Shown: in pieces, positions 42,859-54,225 of the stretch
How positions within the stretch are numbered: the stretch's first letter is position 1
Layout: each line of letters begins with the position of its first letter
NCBI GenBank assembly: GCA_965216755.1
Contig: CBDCGL010000011.1
Coordinates: 2,240,001-2,304,000, forward strand
From: Alphaproteobacteria bacterium
GTDB lineage: Bacteria; Pseudomonadota; Alphaproteobacteria; UBA7887
Direction: 5' to 3'
DNA: 64,000 bases
Notes under the pieces: model-generated
The model's input: the letters and a program-made list of their open reading frames with translations, nothing else
What the model was told of the DNA's origin: nothing
The model's database searches: none
Program-made: the position numbers and the translations under genes

Positions 42859-44019
42859 ATGAAAACCTGGTTGACTGTTTCTCGCACAGAGGGCCGATCG
42901 TCGCGTCAGGCCCATGCCGATCTGCCGACCGGCACCTATGAGCGCGAACTCGGCAAGGAAGGATTTTTCGGGCCGGCGACACAGATGTACCACACTCATC
43001 CACCGACCGGGTGGATTGGGTTTGACGGGCCGTTGCAGCCGCGCGCTTTTGATACCAACAAGCTGACATCCGGCGCACAAACAAAATCTGCCAACACCCC
43101 CTGGCACGCGCATGAACTGCTGTGGAACCAAGCGACGCGGGTTCGCATGTGGACAATCGCCGACGCCATGGATTCTTTGGCCCGCAATGCCGACGGCGAC
43201 GAGTTGCTGTTTGTTCATCAGGGCCATGGCGATCTGTTTTGTGATTACGGCCGCCTGGCCATCCGGGACGGTGACTACGTGGTGCTGCCGCGCGGCACCA
43301 TGTGGCGCATCGAACCGAGCGACCCCATGACCGTACTGATGATCGAAGCGTCAAACGGCAGCTATTTCCTGCCTGAAAAGGGCATGGTCGGCCGGCACGC
43401 GATTTTTGATCCGGCCATTCTCGACACACCGCAAATCGACGACGCCTTTCGTGCTCAGCAAGACGAGCGAGAGTGGCAGGTGCATATCAAACGCGGCCAG
43501 GAGACGTCCGTTTTGACCTATCCGTTCAACCCGCTTGACGCTGTCGGTTGGCACGGTGATTTGGCGCCGGTCCGGATCAATTGGCGCGACATTCGCCCAT
43601 TGATGAGCCACCGCTATCATCTGCCGCCATCCGCCCATACGACGTTTTTGTCGGATCGTTTTGTCGTCTGTACTTTTTGCCCGCGGCCGATCGAAAGCGA
43701 TCCCGGTGCATTGAAAGTGCCCTTTTTTCACAGCAACGAAGATTATGACGAGGTGATTTTCTACCACCGTGGTGAGTTCTTCAGCCGCGACAACATCCAT
43801 CCTGGCATGATTACCATGCACCCCTGCGGTTTCAGTCACGGCCCCCATCCGAAAGCCTTTGCCACCGGCGCCAAGGCGGCACGCAAAGAAACCGACGAGG
43901 TCGCGGTGATGATCGACACCCGCGACGCCCTCAACATCGCGCCAGCCGCCGCCAGCGTTGAATGGCCCGGCTATGTCGACTCATGGAAACCGGCAACGCC
44001 GGCCGAGGCCGCCGAATGA
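42859..44019 (+). CDS. hmgA: Homogentisate 1,2-dioxygenase (short type)
   Basis: RNADGDELLFVHQG, PLDAVGWHG, HLPPSAH, PFFHSNEDYDE, HGPHP. Confidence 0.93.
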   Translation: MKTWLTVSRTEGRSSRQAHADLPTGTYERELGKEGFFGPATQMYHTHPPTGWIGFDGPLQPRAFDTNKLTSGAQTKSANTPWHAHELLWNQATRVRMWTIADAMDSLARNADGDELLFVHQGHGDLFCDYGRLAIRDGDYVVLPRGTMWRIEPSDPMTVLMIEASNGSYFLPEKGMVGRHAIFDPAILDTPQIDDAFRAQQDEREWQVHIKRGQETSVLTYPFNPLDAVGWHGDLAPVRINWRDIRPLMSHRYHLPPSAHTTFLSDRFVVCTFCPRPIESDPGALKVPFFHSNEDYDEVIFYHRGEFFSRDNIHPGMITMHPCGFSHGPHPKAFATGAKAARKETDEVAVMIDTRDALNIAPAAASVEWPGYVDSWKPATPAEAAE

Positions 44020-45014
44020 AACTGGCGTCATTGAAAAGTGCCGGCCGTGACGGCACGTTGATCGTGGTATCCCGCGATTTGACGCGGGCCGTGGCGGTGC
44101 CCGATATTTCTCCCACATTACAGCAGGCGATAGAAGACTGGCCGAATACGGCGCCGCGCTTGAATCACACTTATCAGCGCCTCAATGATGGCATCGAAGA
44201 TCGCGCATTTTCGCTCAATGTCGCGACCTTGGCGGCACCGCTGCCACGTGCGTTTCAGTGGGTCGATGGCAGCGCCTATGTCAATCACGTCGAACTGGTG
44301 CGCAAGGCGCGGGGCGCCGAAATGCCGCCGAGTTTTTGGACCGATCCGTTGATGTATCAGGGATGCTCGGATGGCTTTCTGGGCCCGCGCGATCCGATCG
44401 AAGCCGTCAGCGAGGCGTGGGGCATCGACTTCGAGTCCGAAATCGCCGTGGTCACCGACGATGTGCCGCTTGGCACCGACACGGCGCGAGCCGGCGCCCA
44501 TATTAAGCTCCTGATGCTGGTCAACGATGTCAGTCTGCGCGGCTTGATCCCGGCCGAACTCGCCAAGGGCTTCGGTTTCCTTCATGGCAAACCGGCCAGC
44601 GCCTTTTCGCCGGTCGCGGTCACGCCGGACGAACTTGGCGCCGCCTGGCACGACAACAAAGTGCATCGACCGCTGATTTCGGAGCTCAACGGCGCCACGT
44701 TCGGCGCGCCCAATGCCGGCCTTGATATGACCTTCGATTTTGCCGCGCTGATTGCGCACGCCGCAAAGTCACGATCATTGGCTGCCGGCACCATCGTCGG
44801 GTCCGGCACCGTCTCGAACCAAGACCGGTCCGCGGGCTCGTCGTGCCTGGCCGAACAGCGCATGCTGGAAACGATCGATGACGGCAAGCCAACCACCCCG
44901 TTCATGCGGTTCGGCGACCGTATCCGCATCGACATGGTCGACGACAAGGGCGACAGCATTTTTGGTGACATCGACCAGACGGTCGTCCAAATCGCGCCCG
45001 CGAGTCAGCCATAG
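44016..45014 (+). CDS. fahA: Fumarylacetoacetate hydrolase family protein
   Basis: MKLASLK..GRDG, DGSAYVNHV, IDFESE, VNDVSLR, GSGTVSN; ATGA overlap with hmgA. Confidence 0.9.
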   Translation: MKLASLKSAGRDGTLIVVSRDLTRAVAVPDISPTLQQAIEDWPNTAPRLNHTYQRLNDGIEDRAFSLNVATLAAPLPRAFQWVDGSAYVNHVELVRKARGAEMPPSFWTDPLMYQGCSDGFLGPRDPIEAVSEAWGIDFESEIAVVTDDVPLGTDTARAGAHIKLLMLVNDVSLRGLIPAELAKGFGFLHGKPASAFSPVAVTPDELGAAWHDNKVHRPLISELNGATFGAPNAGLDMTFDFAALIAHAAKSRSLAAGTIVGSGTVSNQDRSAGSSCLAEQRMLETIDDGKPTTPFMRFGDRIRIDMVDDKGDSIFGDIDQTVVQIAPASQP

Positions 45015-45015
45015 C

Positions 45016-45660
45016 ATGAAACTTTACGGCTATTTCCGCTCGTCCGCCGCGTACCGCGCACGCATCGCGCTCAATCTCAAAGGCCTCGCCTATGAGTCGA
45101 TATCGGTGCATTTGGTCAAGGATGGCGGCGCGCAGTTCCGACCCGACTATGTCAAACGGAACCCACAGGCGTTGGTGCCCACCTTGGAAACCGACGATCT
45201 GGTACTGACTCAATCTCTGGCGATCATCGACTATCTCGACGACATATGTCCCGACCCGCCGTTGTTGCCAGATTCACCCGCGGCACGGGCGCGCGTGCGC
45301 GCCATCGCCCTGGCCATCGCGTGCGATATTCACCCGCTTAATAATCTGCGTGTGCTGAACTTCCTCACCAATGAGCTGGCGGTCTCGTCCGACGATCGGA
45401 CTCGCTGGTACCACCATTGGGTGGAAAGCGGATTGGCGGCGGTCGAGAAAATGCTCGCCCATGACCCCGGCACCGGCACGTTTTGTCATGGCGACCAACC
45501 CGGCCTGGCCGACATTTGTCTGGTGCCCCAAGTCGCCAATGCCGAACGGTTCGCTTGTGATTTGGGGCCGTGCCCGACCATCCGCCGTATCAATGACGCA
45601 TGCCTCGCAATGCCCGCGTTCAGTGATGCCGCGCCGCAAAATCAATCGGATGCCGAGTAG
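45016..45660 (+). CDS. maiA: Maleylacetoacetate isomerase (GST zeta)
   Basis: YFRSSAAYRARIALNLK, NPQALVP, QSLAII, ACDIHPLNNLRVL. Confidence 0.96.
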   Translation: MKLYGYFRSSAAYRARIALNLKGLAYESISVHLVKDGGAQFRPDYVKRNPQALVPTLETDDLVLTQSLAIIDYLDDICPDPPLLPDSPAARARVRAIALAIACDIHPLNNLRVLNFLTNELAVSSDDRTRWYHHWVESGLAAVEKMLAHDPGTGTFCHGDQPGLADICLVPQVANAERFACDLGPCPTIRRINDACLAMPAFSDAAPQNQSDAE

Positions 45661-45768
45661 TCAAAACCGGTAATCTGATACCTGGGCTTTGCCATTCGCG
45701 GGATACACACTATTTGGGTTTGCGAGGCATAACACACGCTGCGGCGGGGGAAGCCTAGGCAACCGCGG

Positions 45769-45786
45769 CCTGTAACTGGTTACAGG
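45769..45786. promoter_or_regulatory. Palindromic operator-like site
   Basis: CCTGTAAC-TG-GTTACAGG, 8-bp perfect arms. Confidence 0.45.
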
Positions 45787-45850
45787 ATACGACGATCGCG
45801 GCTAAAATATTGATTATTAAGCATAGTCTCATACGTCCCGGTGGTCTCGG

Positions 45851-46312
45851 ATGATCACCGATTCAGCGCCCGTGAGCGTTAATCCGACCGCTGTACAAAA
45901 TGGTGGCCAGCGCGTCGGTGCTGTCCGCGAGTTGGCGACATCGCAACGTCCGACCGCGCTGCCAGTGCCGCAGCACGTCGCTCGCTTTGGGCGCTCCGTG
46001 CCGCTGCTGGACGGTGGCACCGCATTCCATGCCCAATTGGCCCGCGATAATGACCCCAGGGCCCGGGACAGTTACGGCTTGTCGGCGGATGAACGACGTC
46101 TGGCCAACCGCCTCCGGGAACCCAACGGTAATACGGCCCTGGCGCCGCCCGGACTGACCCGCCTGAGTGGCACGCGCGACGCCGGCATCGCGGCCACAGT
46201 GGTCGAAATCGGCGCCGACGGGGTGCCGTCGATCCGTACCGTCAAACCTGCCCTAGACGTCGCCGCCGCCGCAGCCCACACAATTGGGCGCGACGTGTCG
46301 ATCTCCGTCTAA
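45851..46312 (+). CDS. Hypothetical protein
   Basis: 153-aa ORF filling the gap after an AT-rich promoter-like stretch; ends IGRDVSISV; overlaps the sigZ 3' end by 60 nt. Confidence 0.5.
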   Translation: MITDSAPVSVNPTAVQNGGQRVGAVRELATSQRPTALPVPQHVARFGRSVPLLDGGTAFHAQLARDNDPRARDSYGLSADERRLANRLREPNGNTALAPPGLTRLSGTRDAGIAATVVEIGADGVPSIRTVKPALDVAAAAAHTIGRDVSISV

Positions 46313-46888
46313 TCCGATCGACCGCCGCTTATATTTGACGATATTACCGCGCCGATCCGCCTCGATCGCGCAGCAGCGATACAGGGCCTGTTTGAGTTTG
46401 GCGCGCCCGCGCTGCACCCTTGATTTCATGCCCGACACGGAGATACCCACACGCCGTGCGGCCTCGGCTTGGGTCAGGCCTTCGATATCTGTCATGAGCA
46501 AAGCACCAGCGTAAGGCTCCGGCAGTTCCATGATCATCGGCCGCAAACAGGCTGCCAGCGCGGTTGTCACATCGTGCTCGGGGCCGCTGTCCCCCATGGG
46601 GTGCATGGGGTCGGTCGGATCATCGGCCATCGCCGCGCGGCGACGCACCTCCGCGCGGCGGTAATGATCGATGAGCGTGTTTGTCGCAACGCGTCGCATC
46701 CACGCGATCGGGTTGGTCGCGTTTTCAACGGCAAGGCGCGATTCAACGAGCTTCAGCAATATCTCGCCGGCCAGGTCGTCAGCATTGGATGGATGAACAT
46801 GCCGACGAACATAGGTATGCAGATTTCCGACGAAGGCCCGCCAGATATCACGCGCCCGCGCGTCACTGAGTGCGACCTGCGCCATCAA
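46253..46888 (-). CDS. sigZ: ECF sigma factor, SigZ family
   Basis: ADDL.GEI.LK, W..RVATNTLIDHYRR, CLRPMIMELPEPY, GMKSRVQRGR, RCC. Confidence 0.85.
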   Translation of the reverse strand: MMAQVALSDARARDIWRAFVGNLHTYVRRHVHPSNADDLAGEILLKLVESRLAVENATNPIAWMRRVATNTLIDHYRRAEVRRRAAMADDPTDPMHPMGDSGPEHDVTTALAACLRPMIMELPEPYAGALLMTDIEGLTQAEAARRVGISVSGMKSRVQRGRAKLKQALYRCCAIEADRRGNIVKYKRRSIGLDGDRHVAPNCVGCGGGDV

Positions 46889-47328
46889 AGACTGCCGCAG
46901 CAGCTCCCCTTTGGCCGACTTTGCGCCGCCACCCCGGCAACGCCAAGATCGTGACCGCCCTGATCGGGATTGTCATCGATGATCTGATACCATTCCCAGC
47001 GCAGCCCCTGGGGTTCTTGCGACCAAACCTTGTCTTGCACCGCATGACAGCACGTCGTGGCGGTCTCGACCTCGTCGAGCAATCCGGAGCCTGCCAGACG
47101 GTCTTTGGCGACTTCGACTGCGGCCCCTTCGAATACTTCGACGCCCAAATGATTGAGTCGGTCGGCAGCGTCCGGGTTTTCGAACAGAACAAGCTTCAAG
47201 GGCGGCTGGTCGATGGCAAAGTTGGCGTAACCGGGGCGCTGTTTGTGTGGCGTCGCATCGAACAGTTTCGAGTAATAGTCGACCGCTTCGTCAATATCGC
47301 GCACATTCAGGGCCAGTTGCAGGCGCAT
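46885..47328 (-). CDS. ArsI/CadI family VOC metalloenzyme (C-As lyase-like)
   Basis: MRLQLALNV, YSKLF, RPGYANF, LNHLGVEV, TTCCHAVQDKVW, WEWY; RBS AGGAGG. Confidence 0.9.
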   Translation of the reverse strand: MRLQLALNVRDIDEAVDYYSKLFDATPHKQRPGYANFAIDQPPLKLVLFENPDAADRLNHLGVEVFEGAAVEVAKDRLAGSGLLDEVETATTCCHAVQDKVWSQEPQGLRWEWYQIIDDNPDQGGHDLGVAGVAAQSRPKGSCCGSL

Positions 47329-47362
47329 GGCAAACCTCCTTTGAAAACATTTCGCATTGTAT

Positions 47363-47392
47363 AAGACGCAGCGGCGCTTGTAAGGACGCAGC
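47363..47392 (-). promoter_or_regulatory. Candidate ECF (SigZ) promoter
   Basis: Minus strand TGCGTC-N16-CGTCTT; GCTGCGTC repeated with 20-bp period, about 35 nt upstream of the arsI ATG. Confidence 0.5.
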
Positions 47393-47521
47393 TTTTTTGC
47401 TCCATCGAGGCCCGAACACGCCATAACTTGAAGCGCGCCAATGAACCCGTTATGAGTTGCCTGCCGTTTATCGGCCCGCATCAACGGCGAAACGTATCAA
47501 CAGCGAAACAGGGACGCTGGC

Positions 47522-47650
47522 ATGTCGTACGATCAAGATCAAATGCTTCAAGAACATCAGGCGGTTTGGTCCGGCTTCATGAAGCTGTGCACCTATTCGG
47601 TCATCGCTATTGTCGTCTTGCTCATATTGATGGCGATCTTCCTGCTCTAA
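47522..47650 (+). CDS. aa3-type cytochrome c oxidase subunit IV (42 aa, not in the ORF track)
   Basis: MSYDQDQMLQEHQAVWSGFMKLCTYSVIAIVVLLILMAIFLL: EH...W.GF motif plus one C-terminal TM helix; AGGGA RBS. Confidence 0.8.
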   Translation: MSYDQDQMLQEHQAVWSGFMKLCTYSVIAIVVLLILMAIFLL

Positions 47651-47672
47651 GGTCTGCTCGGATTCGACATCC

Positions 47673-48206
47673 GTGCAACCCGACCTGCCCTTCATTGCGC
47701 CGCGACCGGCACCGATAGCGGCGGCTGGCCGGCGCTTTCGCGTTGCGGTACCCGGGCCGCGCCAGTCAGCGGCGCAGGCTGGAAAGGCAGTCGACGCCCA
47801 GGATATCGCGCGCGGCGCCATCCGCCTGCTGGACGCGTTGGGATATCGCACGTTGACCGAGATGCGCCTGGTGTCCGGGCGGCGAGTCGATGTCATCGGC
47901 CTCGATCGGCGCGGCCGGTTCGCGGTCGTGGAAGTGAAGTCCAGCCTTGCCGATCTGGCGGCGGACAAGAAATGGCAGGATTATTTGCCTTATTGCGACG
48001 ACTTCTATTTTGCCGTCGCCAGCAAATTCCCTCTTGACCGGCTTCCGGACGAGACGGGCATTATGATCGCCGACCGATTCGCCGGGGAAATCGTGCGCTG
48101 CAGTCTGCGGCAAACAATGAACGGCGCGGCGCGGCGACGTCAGATTCTGCAATTCGCCCTGACCGCCGGGTCGCGTTTGTATCAGCAAGACGAAACTGAC
48201 ATATGA
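47673..48206 (+). CDS. mmcB: MmcB family DNA repair protein (DUF1052)
   Basis: IARG..RLL, SGRRVDV, VEVKSS..D...DKKWQDYLPYCDDFYFAV, GIMIADRF; start uncertain. Confidence 0.88.
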   Translation: MQPDLPFIAPRPAPIAAAGRRFRVAVPGPRQSAAQAGKAVDAQDIARGAIRLLDALGYRTLTEMRLVSGRRVDVIGLDRRGRFAVVEVKSSLADLAADKKWQDYLPYCDDFYFAVASKFPLDRLPDETGIMIADRFAGEIVRCSLRQTMNGAARRRQILQFALTAGSRLYQQDETDI

Positions 48207-48342
48207 TGGCGGCGGGATGCTGGCGTGCGCGGGGTCCGAGCCTCGGCACGCAATTTATCGCGGCACTCAGGCAGAATGTGGGTCGTTGCAGTATGACCGT
48301 GTGGGCCAGGGCAACGCCGGTCGGTTTTCGGGGGGTGGAACG

Positions 48343-48525
48343 ATGGTTCGGTCACGTCGCAAGGAAGCACTGTGCATCTTGTTGGTCTCGGCGACGACAC
48401 TTGTCGCCGGTTGCAACCTGCAGCGCGACGATCTCAATCCGATTCGAATCTTTTGTCCGGGTACCTTCGACCCTGAAACCAACAAGTGCGTTGTTGACAC
48501 GGATACGCCGCTGGGGGGACCGTAA
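48343..48525 (+). CDS. Small lipoprotein (60 aa)
   Basis: MVRSRRK, hydrophobic stretch, lipobox VAGC; RBS GGGGGTGG; two further Cys. Confidence 0.6.
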   Translation: MVRSRRKEALCILLVSATTLVAGCNLQRDDLNPIRIFCPGTFDPETNKCVVDTDTPLGGP

Positions 48526-48566
48526 AACGTGACGCAAATTTGCCGAGCGGCAATAACGAGGTTCAC

Positions 48567-49214
48567 ATGACATCGCTGACCACGCGTCTGCAGGCGCTAT
48601 ATACGGGCGTCGTGTATGACACCATGAGCGATATGGGGTTGCCGTCGCAGGCCCTGCCGCCCGAAATTCAACCGCTTGATCCCGGAAAGACCGTGGCCGG
48701 TCCCGTATGGACATTGAGTGGCGTCGCAACACCCAGTGTCAGCCGGCACGATTCGCTGCTGAGCTGGACCGAATTCCTGTCCAAAGCACCCGCCGACCAC
48801 GTGATCGTCTGTCAGCCCAATTGCATGACCTTGGCGTTGATGGGCGAGCTTTCGGCAGAGACCCTGAAATCGCGCGGTGTCCTCGGTTACATCGTCGACG
48901 GTGGCAGCCGCGACATCGATTTCATCGTCAAACTTGGCTTCCCGGTCTTTTGTCGCTTTCGCACACCAGCGGATATCGCCGGCCGTTGGCGGGTCGACGA
49001 AATGGGTCAGCCGATCAAGATCGGCCAGACCGAAATAGCCACCGGTGATTACGCGATCGCGGACCAAGACGGGGCCGTGATCATACCCGGCGACCGCGCC
49101 GAGGCAGTGATCGCCGCGGCCGAAGCCGCGGTCAATAGCGAAAACAAAATTCGGGATATGATCCTGTCGGGTGGTGATCCCAAAGAAGCCTATTTGCAAT
49201 ACGGCAAATTCTAG
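48567..49214 (+). CDS. RraA/HMG aldolase family protein
   Basis: YTGVVYD, ALMGEL, VDGGSRD, GFPVF, DQDGAVIIP. Confidence 0.88.
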   Translation: MTSLTTRLQALYTGVVYDTMSDMGLPSQALPPEIQPLDPGKTVAGPVWTLSGVATPSVSRHDSLLSWTEFLSKAPADHVIVCQPNCMTLALMGELSAETLKSRGVLGYIVDGGSRDIDFIVKLGFPVFCRFRTPADIAGRWRVDEMGQPIKIGQTEIATGDYAIADQDGAVIIPGDRAEAVIAAAEAAVNSENKIRDMILSGGDPKEAYLQYGKF

Positions 49215-49226
49215 GACCCGTAAACG

Positions 49227-50018
49227 ATGGCCTCAGAGCAGACATTCTCGGTGCTGGCCCAGTTTCGCATAGACGGCAAGATCGCGGTGGTGACCGGCGG
49301 TGGCGCCGGCATCGGCCGTATTGCGGCCCTTTCCTTCGCCGAAGCCGGCGCCTACGTTGCCGTTACCGATATCGATTTGGCAGCCGCTGAGCAGGTTGCC
49401 GCCGAGATCACGGAAGCTGGCGGCAAGGCGGACGCGCGCGCATTAGATGTGTCCGACAATGCCGCCATTTCGACCACCATGCAGGCGATCGGCCGCGATC
49501 ATGGCCGTATCGATATCCTGATGAACAATGCCGGCGTCGCGCAACGGGACGCCACCGAAACCATGCCGTTGGACGTGTGGGACCGGATTGTTCAAGTCAA
49601 TCAAACAGCGGTGTTCGTATGTTCGCAGGAGGCGGGCAAGTTCATGATCGCCAACAAGAGCGGCGCGATCATCAATGTCGCATCGATCATGGGGCTTGGC
49701 GGCGGCGGCCTGTATCCCAATTTGCCTTACCACGCCACAAAAGGTGCCGTGGTCAATATGACCCGCGCGTTGGCGTCCGAATGGGCGGCTTATGGCATTC
49801 GGGTAAACGCCTTGGCGCCGACGTTCGTGCGCACCGATTTGACCAAGCGGCTTCAGGAAAACAACGCACTGGTTGCCGAGATCAACGCCCGCACACCGCT
49901 GGGGCGCTTTGCCGAACCCGAAGAGATGGCCGGCGCGATCCTCTATCTCGCCAGCCCGGCGGCGGCGATGGTGACCGGCCATATTCTCGCCGTCGATGGC
50001 GGCTGGACCGCGATCTGA
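49227..50018 (+). CDS. SDR oxidoreductase
   Basis: TGGGAGIG, NNAG, YHATK, VNALAP, VDGG. Confidence 0.93.
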   Translation: MASEQTFSVLAQFRIDGKIAVVTGGGAGIGRIAALSFAEAGAYVAVTDIDLAAAEQVAAEITEAGGKADARALDVSDNAAISTTMQAIGRDHGRIDILMNNAGVAQRDATETMPLDVWDRIVQVNQTAVFVCSQEAGKFMIANKSGAIINVASIMGLGGGGLYPNLPYHATKGAVVNMTRALASEWAAYGIRVNALAPTFVRTDLTKRLQENNALVAEINARTPLGRFAEPEEMAGAILYLASPAAAMVTGHILAVDGGWTAI

Positions 50019-50042
50019 CTCGCGATCCACGCCGCCCACGAA

Positions 50043-51953
<1,911 letters not shown>

Positions 51954-52261
51954 CTAAATCCTGTTTGCTGCGGTTGAGATGCCATAAACCCGCTGCGCAC
52001 GCACACCGTCGCACGGTACGCTGTCGTCACGACCACACTCAAACGACTTGCCTGTGAACGCAGACTGTCGGCCATCGGACAAGATGTGGCCACGCTTCGG
52101 CACAAGCCCCGGGCACGCACGTATCGACTGGCAATGCTCTAGCTGGCTCTCCGTTGCATGGCTATGACGTCTCCCCACGAGACGCCGTTGCCGACCGACT
52201 CGACGTTCCCAAAAGCCGCCGACCCAGTTACAAAAAGGGGCACAAATCGCGTGGGACGTCT

Positions 52262-52275
52262 TTGATCGAGGTCAA
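52262..52275. promoter_or_regulatory. FNR/DNR/NnrR-type box upstream of nirS
   Basis: TTGAT-CGAG-GTCAA, one mismatch to TTGAT-N4-ATCAA. Confidence 0.7.
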
Positions 52276-52314
52276 TTCCCTAACCGTCGCGGTGGGTCGA
52301 GTGGCGCGACCGGG

Positions 52315-53184
52315 CTACTCGCTGACAGTCGGCCCCACGCCCATCACGCGGGTTTGGCGCATGTAGCGGCGATATTTGTCGGCGTCATAGCCTTCGCCGC
52401 GGTGAAGCAAACAGCGATTGTCCCAGACAACCAAATCACCCGGCTGCCAGCGATGGGTATAGACATGCGTATCATCGGTCGCGCGCGCCAAAAGGTCGTC
52501 GAGCAGCCCGCGGCTGTCGGACTCGGTCCAACCTTCGATCGTTTTCGCGTGAGAGCCAACAAAATAGTTCTTGGCGCCGGCGCGGGGATTGCTGCGTACC
52601 AGCTTTTGACGCACCGGCGGCAACGAGGCCGCGTGCGACGGCGTCACAGCATCCGGGCTGACCTTGCTTCTGGAAAAGACATAGTCGTGGATCGCGATGA
52701 GCGGATCGATGGTCGTCCGCATGTCCTCAGACAAGCGCTCATACGCAGCGCGGGCACTGGCGAAATGTGTGCCGCCACCCTCGTCGGGGACCTCATAAAC
52801 ACACATGATCGAGACAAACGACGGCACTTCGCGAAACGACGAATCCGAATGCCACATATTGTTGCCGGTTAGAAATTTGGTCTTTTTGTGCGTGCTACCG
52901 AGCTGGGTGCCGTCTTGTTCGACATTGCCGATGGTGCCGAAATAGTTGATCCGCCCTTCCTGACCGAGAACAACGTGATTGGGTTCTGGCGTGCCCAACC
53001 GCTTGGTAAAGGCGAGTTGACGATCATCATCAAACGGCTGGTCGGGAAAGCACAAAAACGAATGCGTGTCGATGGCAACCCGAATCTCTTCCAACACCTC
53101 GTCTGACAATGGTGCCCTCAGGTCTATACCGTCAACGCGTGCTCCGAACTCCGCATGCAACGGTGATACTGTCATGTTGGACAT
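52315..53184 (-). CDS. TauD/TfdA family Fe(II)/2-oxoglutarate dioxygenase
   Basis: WHSDSSF (HxD), GGTHFAS, WQPGDLVVWDNRCLLHR. Confidence 0.93.
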   Translation of the reverse strand: MSNMTVSPLHAEFGARVDGIDLRAPLSDEVLEEIRVAIDTHSFLCFPDQPFDDDRQLAFTKRLGTPEPNHVVLGQEGRINYFGTIGNVEQDGTQLGSTHKKTKFLTGNNMWHSDSSFREVPSFVSIMCVYEVPDEGGGTHFASARAAYERLSEDMRTTIDPLIAIHDYVFSRSKVSPDAVTPSHAASLPPVRQKLVRSNPRAGAKNYFVGSHAKTIEGWTESDSRGLLDDLLARATDDTHVYTHRWQPGDLVVWDNRCLLHRGEGYDADKYRRYMRQTRVMGVGPTVSE

Positions 53185-53343
53185 GCTGTCTCTCCCGCCA
53201 ATTCCCATAGTGGGATTGCATCACAGAGCGGCGCCGGATCCAAGCCGCGCGTGATGCACGACAGGCGCGCGCGGGCGCCATATCATGCCAGTCGGGCAAA
53301 CCAGCCAGATGGCCTAAGGCAGCGCGCGTACGGGAACAAACTC

Positions 53344-54159
53344 ATGAACCAGATATCGACCGTACGGCACGGTGCCGTACTGATCGCCACGATCACCAAC
53401 CCACCAGACGGCACCATGGATGCCGATACTGAGCGCGAACTGGTCGCCCTTCTCGATACCGTCGAGGGCGACACCGCGATCCGTGCGGTCGTCTTCACGG
53501 GCGGCTTGCCGGATGTCTTCATTCGCCATTATGACGTCGGCGTCCTTGAAAATGTGGCGCGCGACATGGCTGGCCGCGGTTTGACATTCAGCACGGCCCG
53601 TTCGGTGCCGGAAGCACCCTATCATGCGTGTCTGCGCCGAATCGAAACGCTACCCAAGGCGTTCATCGCCGCTATTAACGGCACCGCCATGGGCGGCGGT
53701 TTTGAACTTGCTTTGGCTTGCGACATAAGGGTTGCCAAAGACGGCCCCTATTGGCTCGGCTTGCCCGAAATCAACATCGGTTTGTTGCCTGGGGCCGGTG
53801 GAACGCAGCGACTGCCGCGGATTATCGGCGAAGGCCGCGCGCTGGAGTTGTTGCTTCATGGCCGCACATTACGGCCGCGCGAAGCAGCGCAATGGGGCTT
53901 GGTATCGGAATGTGTCGATGGTGATGTTGTGGCGGCCAGCGTCGCGGTCGCCACGCAGTTGGCGCACAAACCGGCACGCGCCATGGCTCACATCAAACGT
54001 TTGGTTCGTGGCGCCGTCAGCCAGCCCGTGGATCAGGGACTTGCCGACGAACGGACCCTGTTTTGCGATTTGATGGTCAGCGACGAAACCATCAATTTGA
54101 TGGCGGAATTGAACACCGGCCGACGCGATATTCGTGATGACGGCGCAGACAACCAATGA
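53344..54159 (+). CDS. Enoyl-CoA hydratase/isomerase family protein
   Basis: FIRHYDV, AINGTAMGGGFELALACD, GLPEINIGLLPGAGGTQRL. Confidence 0.92.
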   Translation: MNQISTVRHGAVLIATITNPPDGTMDADTERELVALLDTVEGDTAIRAVVFTGGLPDVFIRHYDVGVLENVARDMAGRGLTFSTARSVPEAPYHACLRRIETLPKAFIAAINGTAMGGGFELALACDIRVAKDGPYWLGLPEINIGLLPGAGGTQRLPRIIGEGRALELLLHGRTLRPREAAQWGLVSECVDGDVVAASVAVATQLAHKPARAMAHIKRLVRGAVSQPVDQGLADERTLFCDLMVSDETINLMAELNTGRRDIRDDGADNQ

Positions 54160-54225
54160 CCGCACCGGTTTCACCGGCGCGGCCAGCGTCTAGAACGTCA
54201 TGCAGTCCGGCGCGACAAAGGTGAT

